Part shown: piece by piece, positions 1-9,009 of the stretch
How positions within the stretch are numbered: the stretch's first letter is position 1
Layout: each line of letters begins with the position of its first letter
Assembly: GCA_026417615.1 (NCBI GenBank)
Contig: JAOACY010000104.1
Coordinates: forward strand, 37,892-101,891
DNA length: 64,000 nucleotides
Direction: 5' to 3'
Source of the DNA: Clostridia bacterium
Lineage (GTDB): Bacteria > Bacillota > Clostridia > Acetivibrionales > JAFADI01
Made by a program: the position numbers and the translations under genes
The notes under the pieces: generated by a model
The model's input: only the letters and a program-made list of their open reading frames with translations
What the model was told of the DNA's origin: nothing
The model's database searches: none

Positions 1-145
1 CCGGTGCCGGAGCGGGTGCTGGAGCCGCAACGGGCGCAGAAGCCGGAGCTGCCGCAACAGGAGCAGAAGCAACCGAGCCATCCCTTATTTCTTCAACTTC
101 AACCTCATATTGATTTCCATTTACTTTTATTAAAAACTTCTTCAT
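1..145 (-). CDS. Biotin carboxyl carrier protein, N-terminal part (runs off the window start)
   Basis: Hand translation from ATG at 145 gives MKKFLIKVNGNQYEVEVEEIRDGSVASAPVAAAPASAP..., with GGAGG RBS. The 'VNG..YEVEVEE' motif plus Ala/Pro linker is typical of BCCP, and it lies downstream of a carboxyltransferase. Confidence 0.85.
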   Translation of the reverse strand, partial: MKKFLIKVNGNQYEVEVEEIRDGSVASAPVAAAPASAPVAAPAPAPAP

Positions 146-168
146 AATAACAAATCCTCCTTTATTTA

Positions 169-342
169 TCAATTCATCTTTTTCTGAATTCTGTCCAGTC
201 TGCCCGCAATATTCCATACAGGAGCTGTCTGTGGTATTCTTCTGAAAGACCTTACAACCAACCTGTGTCCTTCTCTGCTGTCCATATTGGCTAATGCGGC
301 TGATATAACCGCTAATACTTCCTGCTCATTTATTTTCTTCAT
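169..342 (-). CDS. Small acyl-CoA carboxylase/decarboxylase accessory subunit (epsilon/OadG C-terminus-like), 57 aa, not in ORF track
   Basis: Hand translation MKKINEQEVLAVISAALANMDSREGHRLVVRSFRRIPQTAPVWNIAGRLDRIQKKMN, with AGGAGG RBS. Has 'AVISAA' and 'W..AGR' motifs and sits between the carboxyltransferase and BCCP. Confidence 0.75.
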   Translation of the reverse strand: MKKINEQEVLAVISAALANMDSREGHRLVVRSFRRIPQTAPVWNIAGRLDRIQKKMN

Positions 343-377
343 ATTCGCCCTCCTGAACCTGACTTTCTTATAGCCCT

Positions 378-1928
378 TTACAGAGGTATATTGCCGTGCT
401 TTTTTGAAGGTCTGTTCTCTCTCTTGCTTGACAGCATTTCAAGAGAACTGATTAATCTTATTCTTGTTGTTGCGGGTTCAATTACATCATCAACATAGCC
501 TCTTGAAGCAGCAATATAAGGATTTGAGAATTTGTTTCTGTACTCCTCAATCTTGCTGTTCCTTGCCGCCACTGGATCTTCTGCATCAGCTATTTCCTTC
601 CTGAATATTATATTGGCGGCACCGTCAGGCCCCATAACTGCTATCTCGGCAGTGGGCCATGCAAATACCATGTCAGCGCCAAGGTGCTTGCTGTTCATGG
701 CAATATAAGCTCCTCCGTATGCTTTTCTTACTATAACATTGATTTTGGGAACAGTTGCTTCAGAGAACGCATAAAGCAGCTTGGCCCCATGCCTTATAAC
801 ACCGCTGTGCTCCTGCCCCACTCCTGGAAGATATCCAGGCACATCTGTGAAGGTAATAACGGGAATATTGAAGGCGTCGCAGAAGCGCACAAACCTTGCG
901 CCCTTATCAGATGAGTTAACATCCAGAGAACCAGCCATTACGCTCGGCTGATTCGCTATTATGCCTACAGTGCTTCCGTTCATTCTTGCAAAACCGATTA
1001 TAATGTTTTGTGCAAAATGCTTCTGTATTTCAAGAAAATCTCCGTTATCAACAACCCTTGTAATAATTTCCTTCATGTCATAAGGCTTGTTGGTTCCTTC
1101 GGGAATAATATCGCTTATTTCTTCGCTTATCCTGTTCATATCATCAGCAGACTGGTAAACAGGTGCATCACAAAGATTGTTTTCAGGCAGGAAGCTTAAA
1201 AGTCTTTTGATTTGCTCTATGCATTCCTTCTCATCAGCACTCTTGAAATGAGCAACACCGCTTATCGAGTTGTGGGTGTCTGCGCCTCCAAGCTTTTCAA
1301 AGGTTACGTCTTCACCGGTAACCGCCTTGATAACCTGTGGTCCGGTGATAAACATCTGGCTGGTTTTTTCAACCATGAATACAAAGTCTGTTATTGCAGG
1401 CGAATAAACAGCTCCTCCTGCACACGGCCCCATAATAACGGAAATCTGCGGAATCACACCTGATGCAAGAGTATTCCTGAAGAATATGTCACCGAAACCG
1501 CTAAGGGCATCAATTCCTTCTTCAATTCTTGCTCCGCCCGAATCATTGATGCTGATGAAGGGCGCACCCATCTTCATCGCCATATCCATTACCTTTGTGA
1601 TTTTCTTTGCGTGCATTTCACCCAGTGAGCCGCCTATAACCGTAAAATCCTGAGAAGAAACAAACACAAGTCTTCCGTTCACAGATCCATAGCCGGTTAC
1701 AACCCCATCACCCGGAACCTTCTTTTTCTGCATGTCAAATTCAATGCTTCTTGTTTCTACAAATGCATCAACCTCAACAAAGCTGTTTGCATCAAACAAA
1801 AGGTTAAGCCTTTCCCTGGCAGTCATTTTTCCCGCTTCGTGCTGCTTTGCTATTTTGTCAGCACCGCCGCCGAGTTCAAGTCTTTCTTTCCTTTCCACCA
1901 GCTCGTTCAATTTATCAGTTACTCCCAT
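378..1928 (-). CDS. mmdA: Acyl-CoA (methylmalonyl/propionyl-CoA) carboxyltransferase subunit
   Basis: Motifs GKMTARER, QDFTVIGGSLG, DSGGARIEEG, GPCAGGAVYSPA, RKAYGGAY and C-terminal KKHGNIPL. Confidence 0.9.
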   Translation of the reverse strand: MGVTDKLNELVERKERLELGGGADKIAKQHEAGKMTARERLNLLFDANSFVEVDAFVETRSIEFDMQKKKVPGDGVVTGYGSVNGRLVFVSSQDFTVIGGSLGEMHAKKITKVMDMAMKMGAPFISINDSGGARIEEGIDALSGFGDIFFRNTLASGVIPQISVIMGPCAGGAVYSPAITDFVFMVEKTSQMFITGPQVIKAVTGEDVTFEKLGGADTHNSISGVAHFKSADEKECIEQIKRLLSFLPENNLCDAPVYQSADDMNRISEEISDIIPEGTNKPYDMKEIITRVVDNGDFLEIQKHFAQNIIIGFARMNGSTVGIIANQPSVMAGSLDVNSSDKGARFVRFCDAFNIPVITFTDVPGYLPGVGQEHSGVIRHGAKLLYAFSEATVPKINVIVRKAYGGAYIAMNSKHLGADMVFAWPTAEIAVMGPDGAANIIFRKEIADAEDPVAARNSKIEEYRNKFSNPYIAASRGYVDDVIEPATTRIRLISSLEMLSSKRENRPSKKHGNIPL

Positions 1929-2091
1929 GCTATCCCACCTCGTGTTTTTTATATTGGATTTCTATTGAATATATAATTAATTATAATATGATAATAATAC
2001 CTGGTTATAATTATACTTGTTAAAATTATAACTTATTTAAGTTCAAGATGCAATAATTACCTAATAATTTAACATATTAATAATTTTGATT

Positions 2092-2160
2092 TTACAACAA
2101 AAACCAATTTACGGATTCTTCCTTGAAATCACCTGCACCTTGTCTTGCAATTCCCCACTC
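2092..2160. repeat. Partial copy (right arm, reverse orientation) of the 195-bp element at 7114-7308
   Basis: CACCTTGTCTTGCAATTCC is identical to the reverse complement of 7246-7264, and flanking bases align to the element end. Confidence 0.8.
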
Positions 2161-2168
2161 GCACCATT

Positions 2169-2735
2169 TTATTGGTATTTTTCTATGCAAACCAAAATAG
2201 GCGGACAATTAACCTGATTAATAAAATCAGTTTTCATTACTGTATAATGCCTGCAGTCAATGGTGGCAATATACTCCAAAAATTGCTCCTTTTCTTCAAA
2301 GCCGCTGTCTCCCCCGTAATATACAACCACAGTAATCAATCCGTTCATTGCCAGCCTATCCATGGATTTTTGAACCGCCTGTATAGTAGTGGGAGCTTTT
2401 GTGCATATGCCATGGTCCCCTTTTGGAAGATATCCAAGGTTGAACATTACAGCCTTTACACTTGTATTTATATATTTGTCCAGGTTCTCATGACCGTCAT
2501 TTATTAGTGTAACCCTCTCAAGCAAATTCAACTCATAAAGTTTTTCTCTTGTTTTATCTATGGCCTGCTGCTGAATATCAAATGAATATACTCTTCCAGT
2601 CTCCCCCACCAGCTTTGCAAGGAACGCAGTATCGTTGCCGTTTCCTGCCGTGGCATCGATGACTGTATCCCCCTCTTTTACAATCCTGGCTATAAGCTCA
2701 TGTGACTGAACCAGGGAGTTCTTTAAAATACACAA
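2169..2735 (-). CDS. mnmM: SAM-dependent methyltransferase, YtqB/MnmM family
   Basis: Motifs DATAGNGNDT, FDIQ, GHE, MFNLGYLPKGD and YYGGDSG.EEK. Confidence 0.75.
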   Translation of the reverse strand: MCILKNSLVQSHELIARIVKEGDTVIDATAGNGNDTAFLAKLVGETGRVYSFDIQQQAIDKTREKLYELNLLERVTLINDGHENLDKYINTSVKAVMFNLGYLPKGDHGICTKAPTTIQAVQKSMDRLAMNGLITVVVYYGGDSGFEEKEQFLEYIATIDCRHYTVMKTDFINQVNCPPILVCIEKYQ

Positions 2736-2753
2736 TGAATAATCTCTCCTTAC

Positions 2754-3584
2754 TTATATGATTCCTTTTTTCATCCAGTCAATTACTTCCCTTACGGCAT
2801 GCTCATCATGGTGACAGCAGCAGTGCTTTGCAATGCATTTCAATTCATCGTGGGCATTGGAAACTGCTATTCCTACTCCTGCGCATTCAATTAATTCGAT
2901 ATCATTTAGATTATCTCCCATTGCAACCACTTCAGAAATATTTACGCCAATATGCCTTACGAGCTCTCTTAATGCATGACCCTTTGTTGCATTTACATCC
3001 AGAAGCTCAACAAACTCAGGCTCAGAAAACACGAACCTGAAATTCCCGCCCCTGCTGTCCAAGTATCTTTTAACAGACTGCAAATTTTTGTTATCCCACA
3101 CAAATATAGCCTTGGTCCATGGATAGGGAACTTCTTCAAGAGGTAATCTTATCGGGCAAAAGTGTTCCCGCTCCAAATGTCTTTTGGTCTCTTCATTTTC
3201 TGCTATAAAATATGTGTATTTATCATGAAAAACCTCAACAGCTATACCCGGAAAAAGCTCAAGTATTTCTTCAACTATATATCTTGCGCTGTCATCCAGA
3301 TAACTGTTCCAAAGAACCTTTTCGGTGGAATAATCGTATACAAGCGCACCATTACTAGCTATCACAGGAGTATTTACGGGCAAATGCTCCAGAAAACGCC
3401 TTACTGATTCCTGGCTTCTGCCTGTGGCAACAGTAAATAGGCCTCCCATTTCGACAAAGCTATTTATTGCCGCTTTGTTTTCCTCGCTTACCTGCCTGCT
3501 GCTGTTTAAAAGCGTACCGTCCATATCGCAAACAAGCATCCTGCCATATAAAGGGGACATCTCCCCCACTTTATATCTATTCAT
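2754..3584 (-). CDS. Cof-type HAD-IIB hydrolase
   Basis: Motifs CDMDGTLLN, ATGR, NGA, KG and GDNLND. Start moved to ATG 3584, just after the aguB stop. Confidence 0.9.
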   Translation of the reverse strand: MNRYKVGEMSPLYGRMLVCDMDGTLLNSSRQVSEENKAAINSFVEMGGLFTVATGRSQESVRRFLEHLPVNTPVIASNGALVYDYSTEKVLWNSYLDDSARYIVEEILELFPGIAVEVFHDKYTYFIAENEETKRHLEREHFCPIRLPLEEVPYPWTKAIFVWDNKNLQSVKRYLDSRGGNFRFVFSEPEFVELLDVNATKGHALRELVRHIGVNISEVVAMGDNLNDIELIECAGVGIAVSNAHDELKCIAKHCCCHHDEHAVREVIDWMKKGII

Positions 3585-3592
3585 TCCAATCT

Positions 3593-4492
3593 CTAACCTC
3601 TCACATCTAACCTCAGATGAATATGTTCGCAACCGTCACAGGTAAGCAAGGTTCTGTACATTTCAGGGCGTCTGTCCCTGAATATTCCCCAGCCTGTCCG
3701 GTGCCTTTCTATTTCATCAAGGTCGAATTCCGCAGTCAAAACCGCTTCACAAACCCTGTCAGCCTCTGCTATTACCTCGCCTGTGTGGTTTGTTATAAAG
3801 GAAGAACCATAGAAGGTTATCTGAGAACCAGAAATATCTTCCCGACCTATCCTGTTTGAAGCAACAACAGGCATTATATTTGCCGCAGAATGCCCCTGCA
3901 TGCATACCTGCCAATGGCCTTTTGAATCTATTTCAGCTTCCTCAGGCTCAGATCCTATGGCTGTGGGATATAAAAGTATTTCGGCGCCCATAAGAGCCAT
4001 GCTTCTGGCTGCTTCCGGATACCACTGATCCCAGCATATGCCTACTCCGATTTTTGCATATTTGGTTTTCCAAACCTTAAAGCCCGTATCTCCGGGATTG
4101 AAGTAAAACTTCTCCTCATATCCAGGCCCGTCAGGAATGTGTGTTTTTCTGTACACGCCCAATACTTCGCCGTCTGCGTCTATTACAGCAACGGAATTAT
4201 ACCTTGCGTTATTCTTTCTCTCATAAAAGCTTATGGGCAGGACGACTTTCAGTTCAGCTGCAACTTTTTTAAAGTGCTTCACCGCATCATTCTGTTCAAG
4301 TTCAGCTGCCAAGTTAAAGTAGTCCATGATTTCCTTCTGACAGAAATAAGGCGTTTCGAACAATTCCTGCAGCAGAATTATATTTGCTCCTTTCAAAGCA
4401 GCTTCTCTTACAAGCTTTTCCGCCCTGTCCATATTTTCTTTTTTGTCCCATGAGCAAGCCATTTGTGTGGCCGCCACTACAACCTTCCGCAC
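3593..4492 (-). CDS. aguB: N-carbamoylputrescine amidase
   Basis: Nitrilase fold motifs LQELFETPYFCQ, YRKTHIPDGPGYEEKFYF, GICWDQW, YPTAIGSEP and FRDRRP; adjacent to agmatine deiminase. Confidence 0.92.
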   Translation of the reverse strand: MRKVVVAATQMACSWDKKENMDRAEKLVREAALKGANIILLQELFETPYFCQKEIMDYFNLAAELEQNDAVKHFKKVAAELKVVLPISFYERKNNARYNSVAVIDADGEVLGVYRKTHIPDGPGYEEKFYFNPGDTGFKVWKTKYAKIGVGICWDQWYPEAARSMALMGAEILLYPTAIGSEPEEAEIDSKGHWQVCMQGHSAANIMPVVASNRIGREDISGSQITFYGSSFITNHTGEVIAEADRVCEAVLTAEFDLDEIERHRTGWGIFRDRRPEMYRTLLTCDGCEHIHLRLDVRG

Positions 4493-4567
4493 TATACTCC
4501 ACCTCTTTATTATGCTGACATTTCACAGAAGGCTTAAAGCTCCTTGACAGTGAAGTGTCCCTTTTAA

Positions 4568-5611
4568 TTATATGCTGGCCGGTTTCCCTTCAGGTTTTTG
4601 CTGCGTTGCACAATGAACATTTCCGCCTCCTCGTGCTATCGGCATACCGTTAATTGTAACTATCCTTCTGTCAGGGAAAAGCTTTTTGAAGGTTTCAACT
4701 GCCTTTATATCAGTTTCTTCAGCCCTGCCCCCGAATACGGGAAGGATTATTCCTCCATTAACAAAATAGAAATTAACATAGCTTAAGGTAAGCCTTAAAT
4801 CTTCATAAAAGCTTTCTGGAGGCTGTTCAATTTCTATAATTTCAAACTTCCTTCCTCTTGCATCAACAGCATTCCTTAGTATTTCAAGGTTTTCGACAGA
4901 ATTTGAATAATTAGGGTCATCAGGATTTTGCGTTGTTTGAATTAGTATAACACCGGGGCGGGCAAAACATGCTACATTATCAACATGCCCGTCGGTATCA
5001 TCACCAAAAAGCCCATTTTTCAGCCAGATTATTTTTTCAACGCCCAAATATTTTTTCAAGTAAAATTCTATCTCTTCCCTGCCAAGGCTCGGGTTGCGGT
5101 TTGCATTCAGCAAGCATTCCTCTGTAGTTATAAGCGTTCCTTCGCCATCAACATGAATAGATCCGCCTTCCAAAACGAAAGGAGCATTAAAGCAATGAAC
5201 GCCGAACGCTTTAAGAATCCTTGGGGCTACCAGATTGTCCATATCACATGGATACTTTCCTCCCCACGCATTAAAGATCCAATTTATACCGGCAATTTCA
5301 CCCTTTGGATTTACGACAAAGGTTGGACCATTGTCACGTATCCACGAGTCATCGTGAGCTATCTGAAGCACATCAATATGAGAACCGCACTTTCTGGCAG
5401 CCTCTCTGGCTGCTTCAGGCCTGGCAATCATGGTTACAGGCTCAAAAGCAGAAATCTTTCTTGCAATATCTACAAAAACCTCGTGAATTTCTTCAAGTGG
5501 TCCTGGCCACACAGCTTCCCCGATTGGCCATTCCATAAAGGTTCGTTCATGCCTGGACCACTCCGGAGGCATCTTAAAACTGAGCTCTGCTGGGTACATA
5601 TTATTCTCCAT
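4568..5611 (-). CDS. aguA: Agmatine deiminase
   Basis: Motifs MPPEW..H, DSWIRDNGP, FNAWGGK, LEGGSIHVDGEGT, DTDGHVD and GGGNVHCATQQ. Start uncertain (5611 or 5599). Confidence 0.92.
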   Translation of the reverse strand: MENNMYPAELSFKMPPEWSRHERTFMEWPIGEAVWPGPLEEIHEVFVDIARKISAFEPVTMIARPEAAREAARKCGSHIDVLQIAHDDSWIRDNGPTFVVNPKGEIAGINWIFNAWGGKYPCDMDNLVAPRILKAFGVHCFNAPFVLEGGSIHVDGEGTLITTEECLLNANRNPSLGREEIEFYLKKYLGVEKIIWLKNGLFGDDTDGHVDNVACFARPGVILIQTTQNPDDPNYSNSVENLEILRNAVDARGRKFEIIEIEQPPESFYEDLRLTLSYVNFYFVNGGIILPVFGGRAEETDIKAVETFKKLFPDRRIVTINGMPIARGGGNVHCATQQKPEGKPASI

Positions 5612-5683
5612 GTCTGAATTAAAATTTAACAAACCAAACATTTCTATTCTAAATCTCATCGCAAATTTTGTCAAAAAAATTTT

Positions 5684-5917
5684 TTAATACATGTTGAAAA
5701 TCGCAAGATACAGATGATATATGTAGTAACATATCATAATCAGTGTTATGGCAATTAAAACCAATAGATATGTCATCCAGGCTGCCGGAGAATTCAAAGG
5801 AAAAAGCTGTTTCCTTTCCTCTTTTGACAGTCTCATATACTTCTCCTTCTGGAACCAATAGTTGAATACACAAAAACAAATGCAAACTATCAGAATTATA
5901 AATATTAGCGCAATCAC
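5684..5917 (-). CDS. Small two-TM hypothetical membrane protein
   Basis: GTG start with GAGGT RBS and two hydrophobic segments. Confidence 0.55.
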   Translation of the reverse strand: MIALIFIILIVCICFCVFNYWFQKEKYMRLSKEERKQLFPLNSPAAWMTYLLVLIAITLIMICYYIYHLYLAIFNMY

Positions 5918-6033
5918 ATTTTAACCTCACTTTCAAGAAAAAATTATCCCTGATTACATAATGTACATCTTTAAAATACTTAAATCTGAAGAAAATAATA
6001 TCATACAAAATAAATAACCGGAGGAATGGTAAT

Positions 6034-6210
6034 ATGCCTAGCTGCCAAAGAATATTATGTTCTGTAGGAAGCTGTATTTACAATTCAAAGGACGACAATT
6101 TCTGCACACTTGATTCCGTGCAAATAAGTGCCGCTGCGAAATCGGACAGCGGAGCGCCTTATGATGAAACACTCTGCGCCAGTTACAAAACACATCAAAA
6201 AAAGAAGTAA
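6034..6210 (+). CDS. DUF1540-family small Cys-rich protein, 58 aa, not in ORF track
   Basis: Hand translation MPSCQRILCSVGSCIYNSKDDNFCTLDSVQISAAAKSDSGAPYDETLCASYKTHQKKK. C.V..C.YN....C...ET.C.SY pattern, GGAGG RBS, followed by a terminator. Confidence 0.85.
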   Translation: MPSCQRILCSVGSCIYNSKDDNFCTLDSVQISAAAKSDSGAPYDETLCASYKTHQKKK

Positions 6211-6221
6211 TCAATCATTGC

Positions 6222-6256
6222 GGCAGTTGTAAAACATGCAACTGCCTTTTCTTTTT
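6222..6256 (+). terminator. Intrinsic terminator after the DUF1540 gene
   Basis: GGCAGTTG...CAACTGCC stem followed by TTTTCTTTTT. Confidence 0.75.
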
Positions 6257-6277
6257 GCGGCAGACTTATTTCCTTTC

Positions 6278-6997
6278 TTAATGAGTCCTTAATAAATCAA
6301 TCTCGGCATCCGTTAAATACCTCCACTGGCCTTCCGGCAATTCTCCAAGCTTCAAGCCGCCTATAGCGATGCGCTTCAGTGATATGACAGGATGCCCTAT
6401 TGCGCTGCACATCTTACGGATCTGCCTGTTCCTGCCTTCATGGATAATTATCTCGGCCACGGTAGAATCAGCCTTTTTCTCCATTATTTTAATTTTTGCA
6501 GGAGCGGTAATATAATTATCAATGCTCAAGCCTTTTTCAAAGCTGCTTAAATCTTGAGAATCAGGTCTTCCCTTTACTTCCGCGATATATACCTTATTGG
6601 TTTCATGTCTTGGGTGTGTCATCCGGTTTGTAAATTCGCCGTCATTTGTTAGAATTAAAAGTCCAGAAGTATCGTAGTCCAGCCTGCCGACGGGATAAAC
6701 CCTCTCTTCAACACCTTCCACAAGGTCTAAAACAGTTTTCCTGGAAAACTGGTCTTTTGCTGAAGTTATATAACCGCAAGGCTTATTAAGCATTATGTAT
6801 ATTTTTTTCGCCTCAAGGGCTGTTTTTTTTCCGTCAACTAGAACTATATCTCTTTCTGATATTTTCAGGCCCATCTCGCTTACCTTAATACCATTCACAC
6901 TCACACGACCCTGCTTGATAAGCTCTTCCGCCTTCCTCCTTGAAGCCAGACCGCACTGGGCAAGATATTTCTGAAGTCTCATTTCTTGCATAGTCAA
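6278..6997 (-). CDS. rluB: 23S rRNA pseudouridine synthase, RluB/RsuA family
   Basis: S4 domain RLQKYLA..G.ASRRKAE, catalytic VGRLDYDTSGLL and EGRNRQIRKM; near scpAB. Confidence 0.9.
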   Translation of the reverse strand: MTMQEMRLQKYLAQCGLASRRKAEELIKQGRVSVNGIKVSEMGLKISERDIVLVDGKKTALEAKKIYIMLNKPCGYITSAKDQFSRKTVLDLVEGVEERVYPVGRLDYDTSGLLILTNDGEFTNRMTHPRHETNKVYIAEVKGRPDSQDLSSFEKGLSIDNYITAPAKIKIMEKKADSTVAEIIIHEGRNRQIRKMCSAIGHPVISLKRIAIGGLKLGELPEGQWRYLTDAEIDLLRTH

Positions 6998-7113
6998 CCG
7001 CTTTCTTTTCCATGCTTGCTATCACAAAAATAATGGCAGGAAATATTCCCACCATCATTTTAATATATTTTTTGCAAATTAAGCAACTTATTCTGTGTTA
7101 AAAATAACTAATC

Positions 7114-7308
7114 CTACTGCAAAAACAGCTTTTCTTGAAACAAGATGAAAAAATCACTCACCTGCATCGCCGAAATTCCGACGTCAAAATGCCATGGATG
7201 GCATTTTGAGCATCACGTGACAGGAGGTCACATTGATGAGTGCGAGGAATTGCAAGACAAGGTGTTAGTGATTTCATCGAAGTTTCCGAAAATGGGTTTT
7301 TGCAGTAG
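7114..7308. mobile_element. 195-bp non-coding inverted-repeat element (MITE/REPIN-like, TwoAYGGAY-like fold)
   Basis: Perfect 13-bp terminal IR CTACTGCAAAAAC/GTTTTTGCAGTAG, long imperfect stem, two apical hairpins with ATGGAT and AGGAG loops, and five related fragments elsewhere in the window. Confidence 0.75.
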
Positions 7309-7311
7309 AAG

Positions 7312-7343
7312 AATAAGTGGGACTTTATCTTATCCCACTTATT
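7312..7343 (-). terminator. Hairpin at the ytfJ stop (probable terminator or stability hairpin)
   Basis: 11-bp stem AATAAGTGGGA/TCCCACTTATT. Confidence 0.5.
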
Positions 7344-7830
7344 GATTGTTTTTTTCGATTGTTGCCTGTCCGACAGTGTCTCCTGTTTTAATTTCCTTCT
7401 TGATTGCAATTTTCTTCCTTATAGTTTCGTTAGCCTTCTCAATAAGATCAGGCACCATATCAAGGATTTTATCCACAGAGGAGTTCACGTTGACAGGAAG
7501 GAGCTTTATTTGATTTTGTCCCACTACCATAAAGGCTACGGGATTAATGGAAACTCCTGCTCCACTGCCTCCGGCGAAAGGAAATTTCCCTGCTTTGCTC
7601 CCTGTTTTTTTATCCTCTTGGTCATCTTCCTCACTTTCTTCACTCATTATGCAGCAATTATTATACTCACCACCGCCTGCAGCAAAGCCGAAGGAAACCT
7701 TTGAAATAGGTATTATTACAGTTCCGTCAGGTGCCTGGACAGCATCGCCGACTATAGTATTTACATCAACCATGTCCTTGATGCTCTGCATCGCTGTAGT
7801 CATAAGACCTTGAATCGGATGTTCCGCCAA
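7339..7830 (-). CDS. ytfJ: GerW/YtfJ family sporulation protein
   Basis: Motifs EHPIQGLM, DVNTIVG, IIPISKVSFGFAAGG and FAGGSGAGVSINPVAF. TTG start at 7830. Confidence 0.9.
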   Translation of the reverse strand: MAEHPIQGLMTTAMQSIKDMVDVNTIVGDAVQAPDGTVIIPISKVSFGFAAGGGEYNNCCIMSEESEEDDQEDKKTGSKAGKFPFAGGSGAGVSINPVAFMVVGQNQIKLLPVNVNSSVDKILDMVPDLIEKANETIRKKIAIKKEIKTGDTVGQATIEKNNQ

Positions 7831-8416
7831 ACATATCACCGCCTGTTGCTTTTTTAAGCTTATCCCTGTTTTTCAGGAATAAAACTGCTAATCTCATTCC
7901 TACGACTATAATATTGACAATTTTTATACTAAATATGCAGAAAAAATCCATATTAAAAACAGCTTTAGAAAAATTTGTTTTTACGTTATATCTAAACCTG
8001 CATGTTTTAAAGACATTTGTAAATATAGACATCAAGTTCCCCAGCAGTGTCCATGCCAAGCCCGATACAATGCCTGACTGTGCCGCGTCTCCCGTTCCCA
8101 CCTCAAGTTCCGCAATTACTTTTTTCACAATTAATTTTTCCTTTAATAAATTTATCAAGTCCTTCGCAAGCACAAAAAAAGCTCTATAGTTAAGATATTT
8201 TTCGCGAAGCTCCCAAAGCTTTTTATAATTTTTATTTATTTTTTTATTCTTTTTTGAAATGCTTGCCGGTATTCTAACTAGTCCCCTGAAAACTGAGATG
8301 CTTATGAAGATATGGTTGGTTCCGCCACTATGGTTGTATCTTAAGTATATATCCACTCTCGAGAATAGTACAAACAATAAAATAATGAGAAATAAAAAAA
8401 TAACCAAATAAAGCAT
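7766..8416 (-). CDS. DUF2953 family protein (YtfI-like)
   Basis: N-terminal TM and GTGDAA..G..SG..W motif; directly upstream of ytfJ. Confidence 0.8.
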   Translation of the reverse strand: MLYLVIFLFLIILLFVLFSRVDIYLRYNHSGGTNHIFISISVFRGLVRIPASISKKNKKINKNYKKLWELREKYLNYRAFFVLAKDLINLLKEKLIVKKVIAELEVGTGDAAQSGIVSGLAWTLLGNLMSIFTNVFKTCRFRYNVKTNFSKAVFNMDFFCIFSIKIVNIIVVGMRLAVLFLKNRDKLKKATGGDMFGGTSDSRSYDYSDAEHQGHG

Positions 8417-8457
8417 TTCAACACCTCATTTAGTTATTTTTTCCTTAAATGCATATT

Positions 8458-9006
8458 TTATTCTATTGGCTGGTTTTCATTTACCGTTATTACTTCATTC
8501 ATGCTTAATATAGGCAAATCAGCAATGGTTCTGAAGCCGAAACATCTTAAAAACTCTTCCGTTGTTGCATATAGTATCGGTTTTCCCGGAGCATCCATCC
8601 TGCCTGCCTCCTTTATAAGGTTTCTTTCCAAAAGCTTTGAAATGGCGCTGTCAGAGTTAACGCCCCTGATTTGTTCAATTTTAGCTTTTGTAATAGGCTG
8701 ATTATAGGCAACTATGGATAGAACTTCAAAGGCTGCTTGAGACAATACCTGCTTTTGTCTTGGTTCATTAAGCCTCTTTATGAAATCAAAGTGTTCAGGT
8801 CTGGTGCACATTTGATAGGCGTTATTTATTTCCCTTATCATAATGCCTCGGTTTGAATTCTTGAAGCTGCTAATCATATTGTCCATTACAAGCCTTGCTG
8901 TTTTTTTATCAAGCTCAAGTATTTCACAAATGTCCTCGAGCGGCAAAGGATCTCCTGATGCAAATAGCAAGCCTTCGATAATGGCTTCAACTTTTTTTAT
9001 ATCCAC
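8458..9006 (-). CDS. scpB: SMC-Scp complex subunit ScpB
   Basis: Motifs IEGLLFASG, LSQAAFEVLSIVAYNQPIT, IRGVNS and PGKPILYATT..FL. Confidence 0.95.
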   Translation of the reverse strand: MDIKKVEAIIEGLLFASGDPLPLEDICEILELDKKTARLVMDNMISSFKNSNRGIMIREINNAYQMCTRPEHFDFIKRLNEPRQKQVLSQAAFEVLSIVAYNQPITKAKIEQIRGVNSDSAISKLLERNLIKEAGRMDAPGKPILYATTEEFLRCFGFRTIADLPILSMNEVITVNENQPIE

Positions 9007-9009
9007 TCG

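Noticed and set aside
7145-7409. ORFs 7145-7345 (+) and 7158-7409 (-)
   Set aside because: They fall within the structured repeat element, which a non-coding explanation fits better.
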